Shown: positions 1-11,873 of the stretch, in pieces
How the letters are laid out: each line of letters begins with the position of its first letter
Numbering within the stretch: the first letter of the stretch is position 1
Assembly (NCBI RefSeq): GCF_026210795.1
Contig: NC_089433.1
Location: forward strand, 3,596,001-3,660,000
Direction: 5' to 3'
From: Rhizophagus irregularis
Taxonomy: Eukaryota
DNA: 64,000 bases
Made by a program: the position numbers and the translations under genes
Notes under the pieces: generated by a model
What the model saw: only the letters and a program-made list of their open reading frames with translations
What the model was told of the DNA's origin: nothing
The model's database searches: none

Positions 1-1358
1 TCATTGGCTTAATGACGACCTACTAAACCATTTAAATTTGCAGTCTTTCTTTATCCATAAATCTGAATGATCATCCAAATATTAATATCCGTTCAAACAA
101 CGGATCAAAACTATTCTTTCTCCGACAAATGAATATTCTTTACAGACTTTACACTGAATTAATTTTCTTGGTGGTAATTTCTTCTTCATTTCTTACATAT
201 TTCTTTATGTCGTTTAATACAAGATTTTCGCATTCTTTTATTACATATTTCTATATTAGTAACTTTCCATTATCGAATTTATACTGTACATACTTTGTAT
301 CAGTTGGTTACTAGTTTAAAAAATTTGTTCGTTACTTAAAATTTGTAAATTTATATATTATGAACAATATAAAAATGTTATCATCACTGAAGTGGCGAAT
401 AAAAAATATTATGTTATGAAAAGCGATATTATTAATATTCAGAATGATGTAACTCTTATGTTTTTCACGTGTAATTTATGATAAAATGATGGATTACATT
501 ATGCTTAGATTCATCTAGACTGACGCTTCTTATTGGTTTATACAGATTTTTATATTTTGCTTATACTGTAGATCTCTGTTGATCGCGATGTTTCTCAAAT
601 TCTTTTTTACATAACTTGTACAAAGATTTATAGGTTGTGTTAATTGTCCAAAATAATTTATAAAATATTTATTTGAATCCAATTTTAGATAAGAATGATC
701 ATTTAAAATTAAATATTTATGCAAATATTTATTAAACTTGTATTTTTATTTTATGAGCTTCTCACTATTTAATAATAACAATATATGGATATACCAGTAC
801 ACCCGTTCAATATGATCGCTCATATTCATGATAATTATAATGAAATATGCATAAGAACATAACAGATAACTGTTAATTAAAATAAAATTAACAAATAAAT
901 TATAATTACAATCAAATTAAAAAAAGGATGGATAGATAAGGAACAAAAAAATTTTAATAACTACATTTAATAGAGAGTCTATTGAAAGTAAATGTTTTAT
1001 TATGTAATATTCACACTTCTCTTGCATACCAAATTCGTTAAAGAACTAAAGATATCAGATATGATAACTTGTGATTTCAGAAATTTAATGGTGACAAGAT
1101 TTTTCTGAGCTAAAATTTTGAAGAAATTTAAGAATTAAACTAAATAGGAAGCGTAAATAATTGAATATATTTTTTCTTTTTATTTGCCCCTGCAGATTAA
1201 CTAATGAAAGTGACTATATATAGAGGGTTTTTTAACATTGTGATTATAGAGGAGAATTTTTGCATAGCCATATAAGTATATGGAAAAGTATGAGGGTTTA
1301 TATGGTGTGATGACGTGATTGTACGGTGAGAGACTGTTCCTATTTTGGATCATCATCT

Positions 1359-2381
1359 TTGATGACCACGTATCGGCCGCATCGCCAATCTTTTTCTTGT
1401 AAAACGAAACATAAGACAATGTCAGAGAATACAAATGAATATAAATCGTTTTTTAAAGTGTGCTGCCAAACAAAAGACAATATTAAGTTTTTAGGTGAAA
1501 ATAATGAAATAAAGACTTCGTGTAAAGATTGTAGAAAAATAACGAGTTTCTAAACGATAAAAAACGAGAATAAATCACAGCCGAAGCTCATAGAGAAACT
1601 ATTATAACCAAGAAATGCCATATTACTTGAGCGACTTTCTACATTTTTTTAATATTATTATTATTATTATTATTAAATATTATTTAGCATTTTTTTTTTA
1701 ATTTATAGTCATAAAAAGAAAAATCAGACGATGTAAACAGATAAAAAGTAATTTTTTTTTTTAGTTACAAATGTTGTTATTATTATTATTATTATTAGAG
1801 ACAACTGGTCTAGTAGTCTATTAGTCATTTTTCATCATATTAAACATTATTTAATGTATAGGTTCGAAGAAAGAGACTTATCCCTTACTCTCAAAATCTA
1901 TCATTACAATTTAGTTGACAAGAACTTGTAGAAGTATTGATTTGATTTTCACAGTTTTACTACACTCTTCACAATCCATTAAGACATTATTAGATGACTA
2001 AAAACTAATATATAAAATAAATAATTTCCCTATTTCTGACTCAAAGAAAAAATAGTTAGAAAATATTGTGGCTAATTTTATTGAGCCAAATAGAAGAATA
2101 TGAACGATTAACAATGCCGAGATCATGGAAAGATAAGAATAAAAATACATTTTATTGAGAATAATAAAAAAATGTGTACAACGAAATTTAAAAGTTTTTA
2201 ATAAAATTCAATTAATTTTTAAATATATTCTTTAATGAATAAAACAATAAAAGTTATATTAAAAAATTATGTATTCTTTGTAAAAATTCGAGTGCCAAAA
2301 TCTGGAAAATTAAACATCACATGATTTAAACACTATCATGTGATTTACGTGACGTCGTGACGTGACGAGGTTTCAATGGTT
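1359..2381. mobile_element. Probable degenerate DNA-transposon insertion (9-bp TSD, MULE-like) upstream of BTB gene 1
   Basis: TCATCATCT flanks both sides (1350-1358, 2382-2390). The paralogous upstream region of gene 2 (about 4738-4790) has gactgttcctattttgga...tcatcatctgcaagttggcg without the ~1 kb insert. Contains a Cys-rich ORF fragment (1326-1553). TIRs are weak. Confidence 0.45.
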
Positions 2382-2472
2382 TCATCATCTGCAGTTGGCG
2401 TATGCACTACCTACTATATATGTCATCTGAACGCCAAAAAAAAAAAAAAATTTTATTAAAAAAAAAAGAAAA

Positions 2473-3980
2473 ATGGTCACTCAATTTTTTTCGAAATTAA
2501 GTCAAAATTATATTGAATTATTAAAAGATGATGAATATTATGATATTACAATTGAAGTAGGTGAAGATCCCAACGTAAAAATATTTCGTGCTCATAAAAA
2601 TATTTTATGTTACCGTTCTTCATATTTACGACGAATATTAAAGTCTAACAAAAAGAACAATGATAACGTTTTAACCCATATTAAATTATCAAACACATCA
2701 CCGGAAATCTTTCAAATTATATTAGAGTAAGTTAAAAATTATGTTATACAATAACTTTGAATATTCAAATTATAACTTTTATTTTTATAATTAGGTATAT
2801 TTATGGAGGTATTCTTTCATCGGATGAAAAGGATACTTTAAACCTTCTTAAAGTTTTGGCTACTGCAGATAAGCTTAGTCTTCAAGAGCTAGTTGATTAT
2901 TTACAAGGATATTTAATTGAAAATAAGTCCGAACTGCTAGAACAATATTTTGAATTTGCTCAACAAATTAGCTCAAATTCTAATAATTTATTTAAACTCC
3001 AAGAATTTTGTACTAATTTAATGGTTCAGTCTCCCGAAAAAGTACTTAAATCATTAAATTTTACTTCACTTTCCGAAAAATCTTTAATTTCGATTATTAA
3101 AAATGATGATTTACAAATGAAAGAAATTGAAGTATGGGAACATGTATTAAAATGGGGACTTGCCCAAAATCCAACTCTCATTCTAGATCCTAAAACTTGG
3201 TCTGATGATGATTTTAAAACAATGAGTAATACTCTACAACATTGTTTACCCTTCGTTAGATTTTTTTGTTTATCATCAAAAGAATTTTCACAAAAAGTTC
3301 GTCCATATCAAAAACTCCTAAATCAACAACTTTATGAAGATTTATTAAACTTTTATTTAGAACCTGATAGTGTATCATCTCAAAACGTTCAAGTCCCTAG
3401 AAAAATAAAAATTAATGAAAAGATTGAAGAAGTTATTTGTTCACGAATCGTTAATTCTGGTATTGTTTCAACAATTTCAAGATGGATAGATAAAATAACT
3501 ATTGATGATAACAATTTTAATGAATCATATTTACCATATAAATTTGAATTATTGTTAAAAGGAAGCCGAGATGGATTTACCCCTAAAAAATTTCATGAAT
3601 TATGTGATAATAGACTTAAAACTGTTACGTTTATTAAAATAAAAGGAACAGAAGAAATTATTGGTGGATATAATCCTGTAATATGGGAATCTTCTGTTAT
3701 TTGGGGTGAAACCAAAGATAGTTTTATCTTTTCTTTTAAAAATAAGAATAACATTAAAGATGCAATTTTGAGTTATATAAAAATTTCTGGGCATGCAATA
3801 GCTAATCACCCTGAAGTTGGACCAAAGTTTGGCCATGATATCATTATAGGCGCTCAAAATGCATTTACAGATTATGATGTCGCTCAATGTAAGAAGCATT
3901 ATTATGAAAAAAAGATAAGAGATAGTGAAGGTGAATTTATTATAGAAGATTATGAAGTGTTTCAAATAATAAAGAAATAA
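2473..3980 (+). CDS. BTB/POZ-BACK-TLDc domain protein (intact; intron 2727-2794)
   Basis: Exon 1 has the BTB motif DITIEVGEDPNVKIFRAH. GT-AG intron restores frame. BACK motif EIEVWEHVLKWG; TLDc motifs LLLKGSRDGF and IIGGYNP; C-terminal DYEVFQI. Confidence 0.92.
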
Positions 3981-4126
3981 AATGTAGTATTTAAAGGATG
4001 AATTTTATTTGTGGCAAAATTAGAATAAATACTGTACAGTATTTATGGTACACATTGTATGTATCATTGTAACAAAGAAATCAATAAATTATTGCTATAT
4101 TTACGTAACTAACTCTCGTTATTAAA

Positions 4127-4527
4127 TAGAGATTCCGTTTGAAATTGGGTTATTCAAATGTTCATTTATAAATTAAGTAAATTAGGATATTCGAATTTTG
4201 AGATTCGAATCTGTTACGAAATTCGAAATATACTGAGATTCAAATGTTTCGATCGTAAAATACAATGCAAAATGCATTTTTTTAATTTTTTCATCCAATA
4301 AATAAAATTATAATAAAATCCATAATATGTAAAAGAAAAATAGTCTAAACACACACAATCACACATACTGTAATATTAAAATACTTTAAAACTATAAATT
4401 CGAATGTTCATTTGAGATTTGAATATCATGTGAGATTCGATAAACATTCACTGAGAATTTGAGATAGAATTTACATATTATATAATTTTCAGATATTCGA
4501 ATTTCGGACTTTAAAGTGGAAACTCTA
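4127..4527. mobile_element. Degenerate hAT-like MITE
   Basis: Termini TAGAGATTCC / GGAAACTCTA, many internal TTCGAA-type repeats, and imperfect 8-bp flanks ttattaaa/tcatgaaa. Confidence 0.5.
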
Positions 4528-4859
4528 TCATGAAAAATATATCTAAATTAAAATTTACATGTAAAGCGTAAGAGAATGAATTATATTCATCTAAACGAAA
4601 ATATCACAATTAATGTAATTTGTTATAATTAATATATTCCATTTTTTTGTCCTTTAATAAATTTCTGTAATAGTAGTACAAATGAAATAATTTTATCCTT
4701 TGTAATAAATTACAATTTATCTTAACTATAGAGAGGTAGACTGTTCCTATTTTGGAAGTAAAGACTGTCATCATCTGCAAGTTGGCGTACGTACTGCTTA
4801 ACCATATATGATATCTGAAACAAACTATAAATAATTTTTTTTTTAAAAAAAAAGAAAAA

Positions 4860-6366
4860 ATGGTTACTCGATTTTTTTCGAAATTAAGTCAAAATTATAT
4901 TGAATTATTAAAAGATGATGAATATTATGATATTACAATTGAAGTTGGTGAAGACCCTGACGTAAAAATATTTCGTGCTCATATGAATATTTTGTGTTAC
5001 CGTTCTCCGTATTTACGACGAATAATAAAGTCCAACAATAAGAACAATGATAACGCTTTAGCTCATATTAAATTATCAAACACATCACCGGAAATCTTTC
5101 AAATTGTATTAGAGTAAGTTAAATATTATGCTATGCATAACTTTTGAACATTCAAATTATAATTTTTATTTTTATAATTAGGTATATTTATGGAGGTATC
5201 CTTTCATTGGATGAAAAGGACACTTCAGACCTTCTTAAAGTTTTGGCTACTGCAGATAAGCTTAGTCTTCAAGAGCTAGTTGATTATTTACAAGGATATT
5301 TAATTGAAAATAAATTCGAACAGCTAGAACAATATTTTGAATTTTCTCAACAAATTAGCTCAAATTCTAATAATTTATTCAAACTTCAAGAATTTTGTAC
5401 AAATTTAATGGTTCAGTCTTCCGAAAAAGTACTTAAATCATTAAATTTTATTTCACTTCCTGAAAATCTTTAACTTTGATTATTAAAAATGATGATTTAC
5501 AAATGAAAGAAGTTGAAGTATGGGAACATGTATTAAAATGGGGACTTGCCCAAAATCCAACTCTCATTCTAGATCCTAAAACTTGGTCTGATGATGATTT
5601 TAAAACAATGAGTAATACTCTACAACATTGTTTACCTTTCGTTAGATTTTTTAGTTTATCACCAAAAGAATTTTCACAAAAAGTTCGTCCATATCAAAAA
5701 CTCCTAAATCAACAACTTTATGAAGATTTATTAAACTTTTATTTAGATCCTGATAGTGTAACATCTCATAACATTCAACTTCCTAGAAAAATTAAAATTA
5801 ATGAAAAGATTGAAGAAGTTATTTGTTCACTAATCATTAATTCTGGTATTGTTTCAACTATTTCAAGATGGATAGATAAAATAGTTATTAATGATGACAA
5901 TTTTAATGAATCATATTTACCATATAAATTTGAATTATTATTAAGAGGAAGTCGAGATGGATTTACTCCTAAAAAATTTCATGAATTATGTGATAATAAA
6001 CCTAATACTGTTACATTTATTAAAGTAAAAGGAACAGAAGAAATCATTGGTGGATATAATCCATTAGAATGGGAATCGTCTGTTATTTGGGGTGAAACAA
6101 AAGATAGTTTTATTTTTTCTTTTGAAAATAATAAGAATTTTAAAGATGCAATTTTGAACAAAGTAGTAAATTCTGATCGTGCATTATGGTTCAGCTATAC
6201 AACTGGTCCATATTTTGGTAACGATATTAATATAATTGCTTTAAATCATTATACAGATTATGTCACCATTAAGTATTGTAAAAGGTTTTATGAAAAAAAG
6301 ATAAGAGATAGTGAAGGTGAATTTGCTATAGAAGATTATGAAGTGTTTCAAATAATAAAGAAATAA
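4860..6366 (+). pseudogene. BTB-BACK-TLDc paralog with a 1-nt frameshift near 5463-5467 (pseudogene or homopolymer sequencing error)
   Basis: Close paralog of 2473-3980; GAAAAATCT becomes GAAAATCT, splitting the ORF. Confidence 0.75.
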
Positions 6367-6985
6367 ATGTTACAGTACTGTACGCGATAAAAGAAAAATT
6401 GAAGATATGTATCACGTAATACTACAGTAATAATTACATTAAAATACTATAATTAATTTTTTTTTAAACAAATTTAATTTAGCAAATGTCAGTAAACATA
6501 GTTTACTCATTTTCATTTTTGATGCTAAATACATTCGCAGTCAATAAATCTAAGCATTTGTCAAAATATACATATTATTTGTAACATCTGTACATATATC
6601 GTGTACAACATGTATCATCTTTTAAAACGCGTATCAATGTGTCAGACTGATAAAAGTTGAGTCATTTACTAAACAAAATTACTGAAATTAAAATGAATCT
6701 TTAATCTCTTAAGCTATATATGACTAATTTCTAATGATATGATTTTAAACAAAATTTTATCATACCATATTTGGCAAAATGATTAAGTTCTTGTTGGTCT
6801 TTGTCAATATGATAAAGAATAGATTTGATTATTATAAATGTAGTGTCAATTTTTTTTCACTTTGATGTTTCAATGTGTCAGTCTGAGTCATACTATCCAC
6901 AAAGATTTTTTTTATTTAAGACATTAAACTCTCATCACAATTTTTTTACCACAATTTTTTTAATTTTTAAAACCACAATTTTAAT

Positions 6986-9095
6986 ATGAGCACATCTGAA
7001 AACTACATTGGTCAAAATGGTAAATCTTGTAAATTGTATTTTAATTATAATATTAATAATTATTCAAATCTTTCAATCTTACTATTTTCAATCTTTCTAG
7101 CCATTATCTCTTATTTTAAAAATAGTAATAGTAATAAGACAACAAAGTCATATTTAGGGTTCTTGAAAAATCACCATGATATTATTATTACTTCAATTGC
7201 TACTACTACAACTCTTTTAGACAATTGGAACAAACTTGATAATTATTGGGCTGTCCATTTTTTGAGAGAAGGAAAGAGAGAAGGAAATGATTTTCTTGAT
7301 TTAAAAAATAAGGTGTGTTTTTTTTTTATTTTGCATAAGTTAGGGTAACCCCTAAGCAACTACGCTTACCTTAGGGAATTTACTGGGTTCGACAACCTTG
7401 GTAACCACTCCAAGTTTCTCAATTCAGGTGTCCTAACTTCTGTTGTTGATATAAGTCTGCTAATTCTGGAGGAGGAATTGGCTATGTACCTTCTTCTATC
7501 CTAAATAAAATTTAAACACACTACTAACAATGTCTTTCTTATAACAGGTGACTGCAGAACGATTACGTTATGCAAAAACATTAAAAATATTCTGGCAAAA
7601 AATTATTAAGAAATATGAAAAAAATTCAATATCTGCTCATTCTGCTGAAAAAGAAAATTTAGTACCTGCTAATTCTTCACATTCACAAAATATCATTGAG
7701 AATTCTGATAAAAATCATTTTATTCCTATTGAAAATCAATCCATTTTTAATTCATCTCATTCTTCTAATTCGTCTCATTCAAAAGAAAACATTGAAATTC
7801 CTATTAAGGATCATTCTATTTCTACTACTAAAGATCATTTCATTTTTACTAAAGATCATTCTATTTCTACTGAAAATCATTCTAAAAATTCTCAACTTAT
7901 CAATTTCTGTTATGATATTCTTCAGGAACTTGATATTAAATCTAATATTCATCCATTTTATGAATATAATGAAGAGAAAATTTCGAATAAATTTATAAAA
8001 AATCCTATGGATTTATTTACAATAATTTCAAAATTAAAAAATAATCAATATGCAAGTATTGAAGAATTTGAGAATGATATTCGTCTTATATTTCGTAATT
8101 GTTATATATATAATGATATAGGAAGTGAAATGCATATTTTAGGAGAAGAATTAGAATCAACTTTTAATAAGATCTGGACTGAAAAAATTGGTATTCAAGT
8201 TAAACAAAAAGAGAACTTAAAAAGAACACGAGATAATGATACTGATTTATCTTTTGGTAATTATAATAATAATATTTTTTTATTTTTATTATTCATTTAT
8301 TCATTAATTTTTTTGTAATTATTTATTTATTTACTAGAACTTGTAACAAAACAAATTAAAATTTTAGAACAAAACAGAGATAAGTTAGTATATGGACAAG
8401 TTGTGAATGATGCTCTTCTTATTATTTCAGCATATGAAAATCTTGTTGCTGATAATATTATACCTTTTATTGAACTTTTAAAAACATTCTTATTAACGAG
8501 ATCACAGATATCATTATCTTCTGCTGATGAATCTGTTCTTCAAGCAATTGTTGAAAACCTTTTACCATTAAAATATTGTATTCCTGAATTATCACTAGTA
8601 ATGGATGGTACAAAATTAAAAGGATTTGGTCGATTTGGATATTCAGATATTTTTATCTTAAAAGGAATAGGAAATAATAATATTAGTTTGGAATTAAAGT
8701 ATATTTCATTAATTGGATTAATTAAAAATCAAAAAAAAAAGTTTAATACAAATGATTTAGAAAATTTAGATAAAATTATCGAAAAAGAAGATGAAACAAT
8801 TCTACTAAAAAGATCATATGAATATTGGTCAAAAGAATATAATGAAACTAAAAAAATAACTATAGAAGAAGTATTAAATAATGGAATTAATCAATTAAAA
8901 TCATATATGAATATTATTTCAAAAGGAAAACCAATTGATTATTATAGTTCAGGAATATTTGATAAAAGAATTAAAATAACTAAATCAAATCCTAATAAAT
9001 TAAGAGGATTTGTTGTATTAGTAATTGGTTTTCGACGTATTTTATGGAGATCTGTAGAAGAAATAACATCTAATTATTCATATGAAAAAATTTAA
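6986..9095 (+). CDS. Four-exon protein: N-terminal helical domain + bromodomain + C-terminal PD-(D/E)xK-like nuclease (exons 6986-7019, 7101-7312, 7548-8256, 8338-9095)
   Basis: All three introns are GT-AG and the frame is continuous after splicing. Bromodomain signature KNPMDLFTIISKLKNNQYASIEEFENDIRLIFRNCYIYN. Nuclease-like motifs PEL...GYSDIFIL...SLELKY...QLKSY. Confidence 0.8.
7313..7547 (+). ncRNA. Structured intron RNA, copy A (intron 2 of the bromodomain-nuclease gene)
   Basis: GTGTG...TACTAAC...AACAG intron; several helices show compensatory changes relative to the copies at 61.5-62.6 kb. Confidence 0.75.
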
Positions 9096-10455
9096 AATAT
9101 ATTTTTTTTTTAATATATTATAATTTAGATTTATATAATATAAAATTAATAAATTTAATTATTAATAATTAAATTAATTTCCATTAATATTCATATTTTA
9201 TAATTTAAATTATATAAAATATAAATTTTTTAAATAATTAAATTTACATATTGTTATAAATAAATTATATAAATAAGAGTAATATAATTTTAAAAGATAA
9301 AGAATTAGCAAAGAAATCATATGATTTAATACTATTTTAATTGGTTAATATTTATATTGCATAAATTGACATAACTTAGACTAAGTATGAATTTTTGATG
9401 CATCATATAATGTGATGATAAACAAAAAGTTCTTTCCCCAAAAAAGAACCAGGAAAAGGATAATAAGTATAATACTGTGGAAAAATCCTTGGAAATATCA
9501 CATGTAATCGATCATATGCTTAATATATTAGCTAGTACACCTATTGATATACGATATCATTCTCAGCATTATGAAATGTGATAAAGCTATAATAAATGAT
9601 CCTTTTTGTCAAATCTATGTTGAAATTGGAACGAATATACTAATATTTCGAAGAGACTAAAAAAAGTATAAGTGATAAATTACTATGATAATCTCAAATC
9701 TTATTATTATACAAAATATTTAATCGTATTGATATTAAAAGTAAAATAAGTAAAATGTAAAATGTGAAAATATACAATTATATGGTTTACTTAGAGACCC
9801 ATAAAATCTCCAGAAGATCCTCATGCAAAAAGAACTATTTGATGTAAAATTCCTAGCAGATCCCAATGTAAAAGAATTACCTAATGTAAGATCTCTGGAT
9901 ATATTAGAACTACTTGATGTAAGACCACCTGATGTATTGGAACTACTGACGCAAAACCTCCAGAAGATCTCAGGCGTATAAGAGAAATACCGTAAGTATT
10001 TCCATCGTAGAACTTCTGCAAGTACTTTCTTGACGCAATACTTTCATAGAATCCTTCAGACTTGGGATTTCTGTAGTATCCACTTACATAGGATCTATTA
10101 AAGAACCTCGATCATTTCCACCGAAACTTCCTAATCTGAACCGGTATATCAGTGGTATATCCACCATATCCACCGCCGAAACTTTTAATGACTGTTGACT
10201 TCTATAAAAAAAGTCTTAATTATTGGAAATTTCAAAATTATTTATTTTTATTAAGAGTATCTTATATATTTGAAAATTTTGCAAATGATAACTTTTTTCG
10301 CATTACAAAATATTGTAAGTATTCATTAAAATACATTTTGCGATTAAAAATAAATTATATATTACCTGTTATCCTCTCTTTATATTGTAATACATTAAAT
10401 AAGAATCAGTACATCTGAATCGGGATAAACGAGAAATAATAGTCGGTACTGTCTA

Positions 10456-11873
10456 CACTGCATAAATACCCCTTTGGGCGTACCCACTTTAAAAAGGATC
10501 TGGTATCCTACTAGATAAAAAAATTTTATTCTTGATTAATACCTCCCTTATGCTTTTGTACTTTCAAATAGTCGTTGGCGTTGTAACCATCATGCCAAAC
10601 ATGTATTAAACGCAACTGTAGGCCTCCTACCTATTCGTCATTCCCAATACGATCAAACTCTATCGAAATTTGACCGCCCTAAAACAACCGTACAACTTCT
10701 ACAAAGATGCAAAAACTACAGATTTGACATAGTCAGATCACAAGCACAAATTTCCAGATGGAACCGTACTGTATTTCTCGATTCCACCTGGATGCGACAG
10801 ATGTCAAAAATATATCAAACGCCACCGGATCCTAATAGTTCTCTCACTCGTCCGATTCTGAGAAATCGATTATCGCTGGAGCAGAAATTGGCGAAAAAAC
10901 GAAAAAAAATCGACGCAGATGTAAATTGAAGCTTGCTCGTATTAAAGACGAGATGCGTTTGCAAAGCATACAACGGCAAAAAGAAGCAGAAGACCGGAAT
11001 AAAGATCCGGAATACATTAAACAAAGAAGGCCGCATACCGCGACGCCAATCAGAAACGAACCACCGGCCGATGACATCGATGACGTCATAATGGCCGAGC
11101 CCACACACTTTCTACATCAACATCACCCAATACATACCCTCTATATACAATCACACCATCTAATTCGTCATCACACAATGATTTTACGAATACTCTATCT
11201 TTTTCTAGCATTTCTAGCATCAATGTATTCACGCACTGTCTATTCCGCCATGCGATCTAGATACGAATACCATCTCAAGAGAAAAGACGCCATATTCCTT
11301 TCCCGCCAGGATGTTTTCATCACGCGCTCTCCGCCTACGAGTGACGAGGATTCTCCTGACAATAACCACAAACATTCGAAACTACAATTATTAGCGACGA
11401 GTGCTTACCACCTCCCTTCTCCCCTCCATGAATAGACCACCTTCAGTTTCACTAGAACAATACCATAGTCTTCAATTAAAATTATCATTTCGTCTATGAC
11501 AGTATTTACAGACGGCATTTGTTTAAAAAATGAAAGATCAATACGGGAGGGATTGTAATTATTGTGATACTCATAACAGGATTTTTGCTACTCTTTGTTA
11601 ATATTTCTAATAGAACTGGATAGTTCACGGCTTGTATTAGGCGGGCGGTCTCACGCGTGGGATTGGGTCCAACTTTGGAATGTTTGTTTTATTACTTTAT
11701 TTTAGAGTGATTATTGCATGTTGTTGTACCTTCATTTTTGTCGTTATGTTAATTCTGGTCAAATTTATACCGTACCCCTTATATAATACCCGGCCTCTCA
11801 TGAAATGCCCGTGTGTATTATTCAATTTTTAAATCAAGTATTTTGTAAAATACCCGGGATATTTTATGCAGTG
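10456..11873. mobile_element. CACTA/CMC-like non-autonomous DNA transposon
   Basis: TIR CACTGCATAAA / TTTATGCAGTG with a 3-bp TSD CTA on both sides; GC-richer interior with ORF fragments (10926-11435). Confidence 0.8.

Noticed and set aside
3600..3965. Antisense ORFs over BTB and F-box genes (also 5979, 20110, 28949, 31363, 32657, 35020, 40374)
   Set aside because: Shadow frames of real genes.
5455..5480. Programmed frameshifting in BTB paralogs
   Set aside because: Frameshift positions differ among copies and intact paralogs exist; decay or homopolymer error is simpler.
7340..7376. Telomeric TTAGGG/CCCTAA motifs or a telomerase template
   Set aside because: They are helix strands and change in copies C/D (GTGGG, TTAGGA).
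7458..7467. TGCTAAT complementarity to U6 snRNA (U4-like)
   Set aside because: Only about 7-8 nt and already paired in a local hairpin; chance is plausible.
7330..7521. H/ACA or C/D snoRNA as the identity of the intron RNA
   Set aside because: The ANANNA candidate (ATATAA) is not kept in copies C/D and no RTGATGA/CTGA box pair was seen; not fully excluded without a covariance-model search.
7313..7547. Canonical group II intron, suggested by the GUGYG start
   Set aside because: No recognisable domain V with catalytic triad and bulge, too short, and it has a spliceosomal TACTAAC branch site and AG end.
9800..10140. Degenerate short repeats (GAACTAC...GATGTA)
   Set aside because: No sustained ORF or clear boundaries; cannot be assigned.
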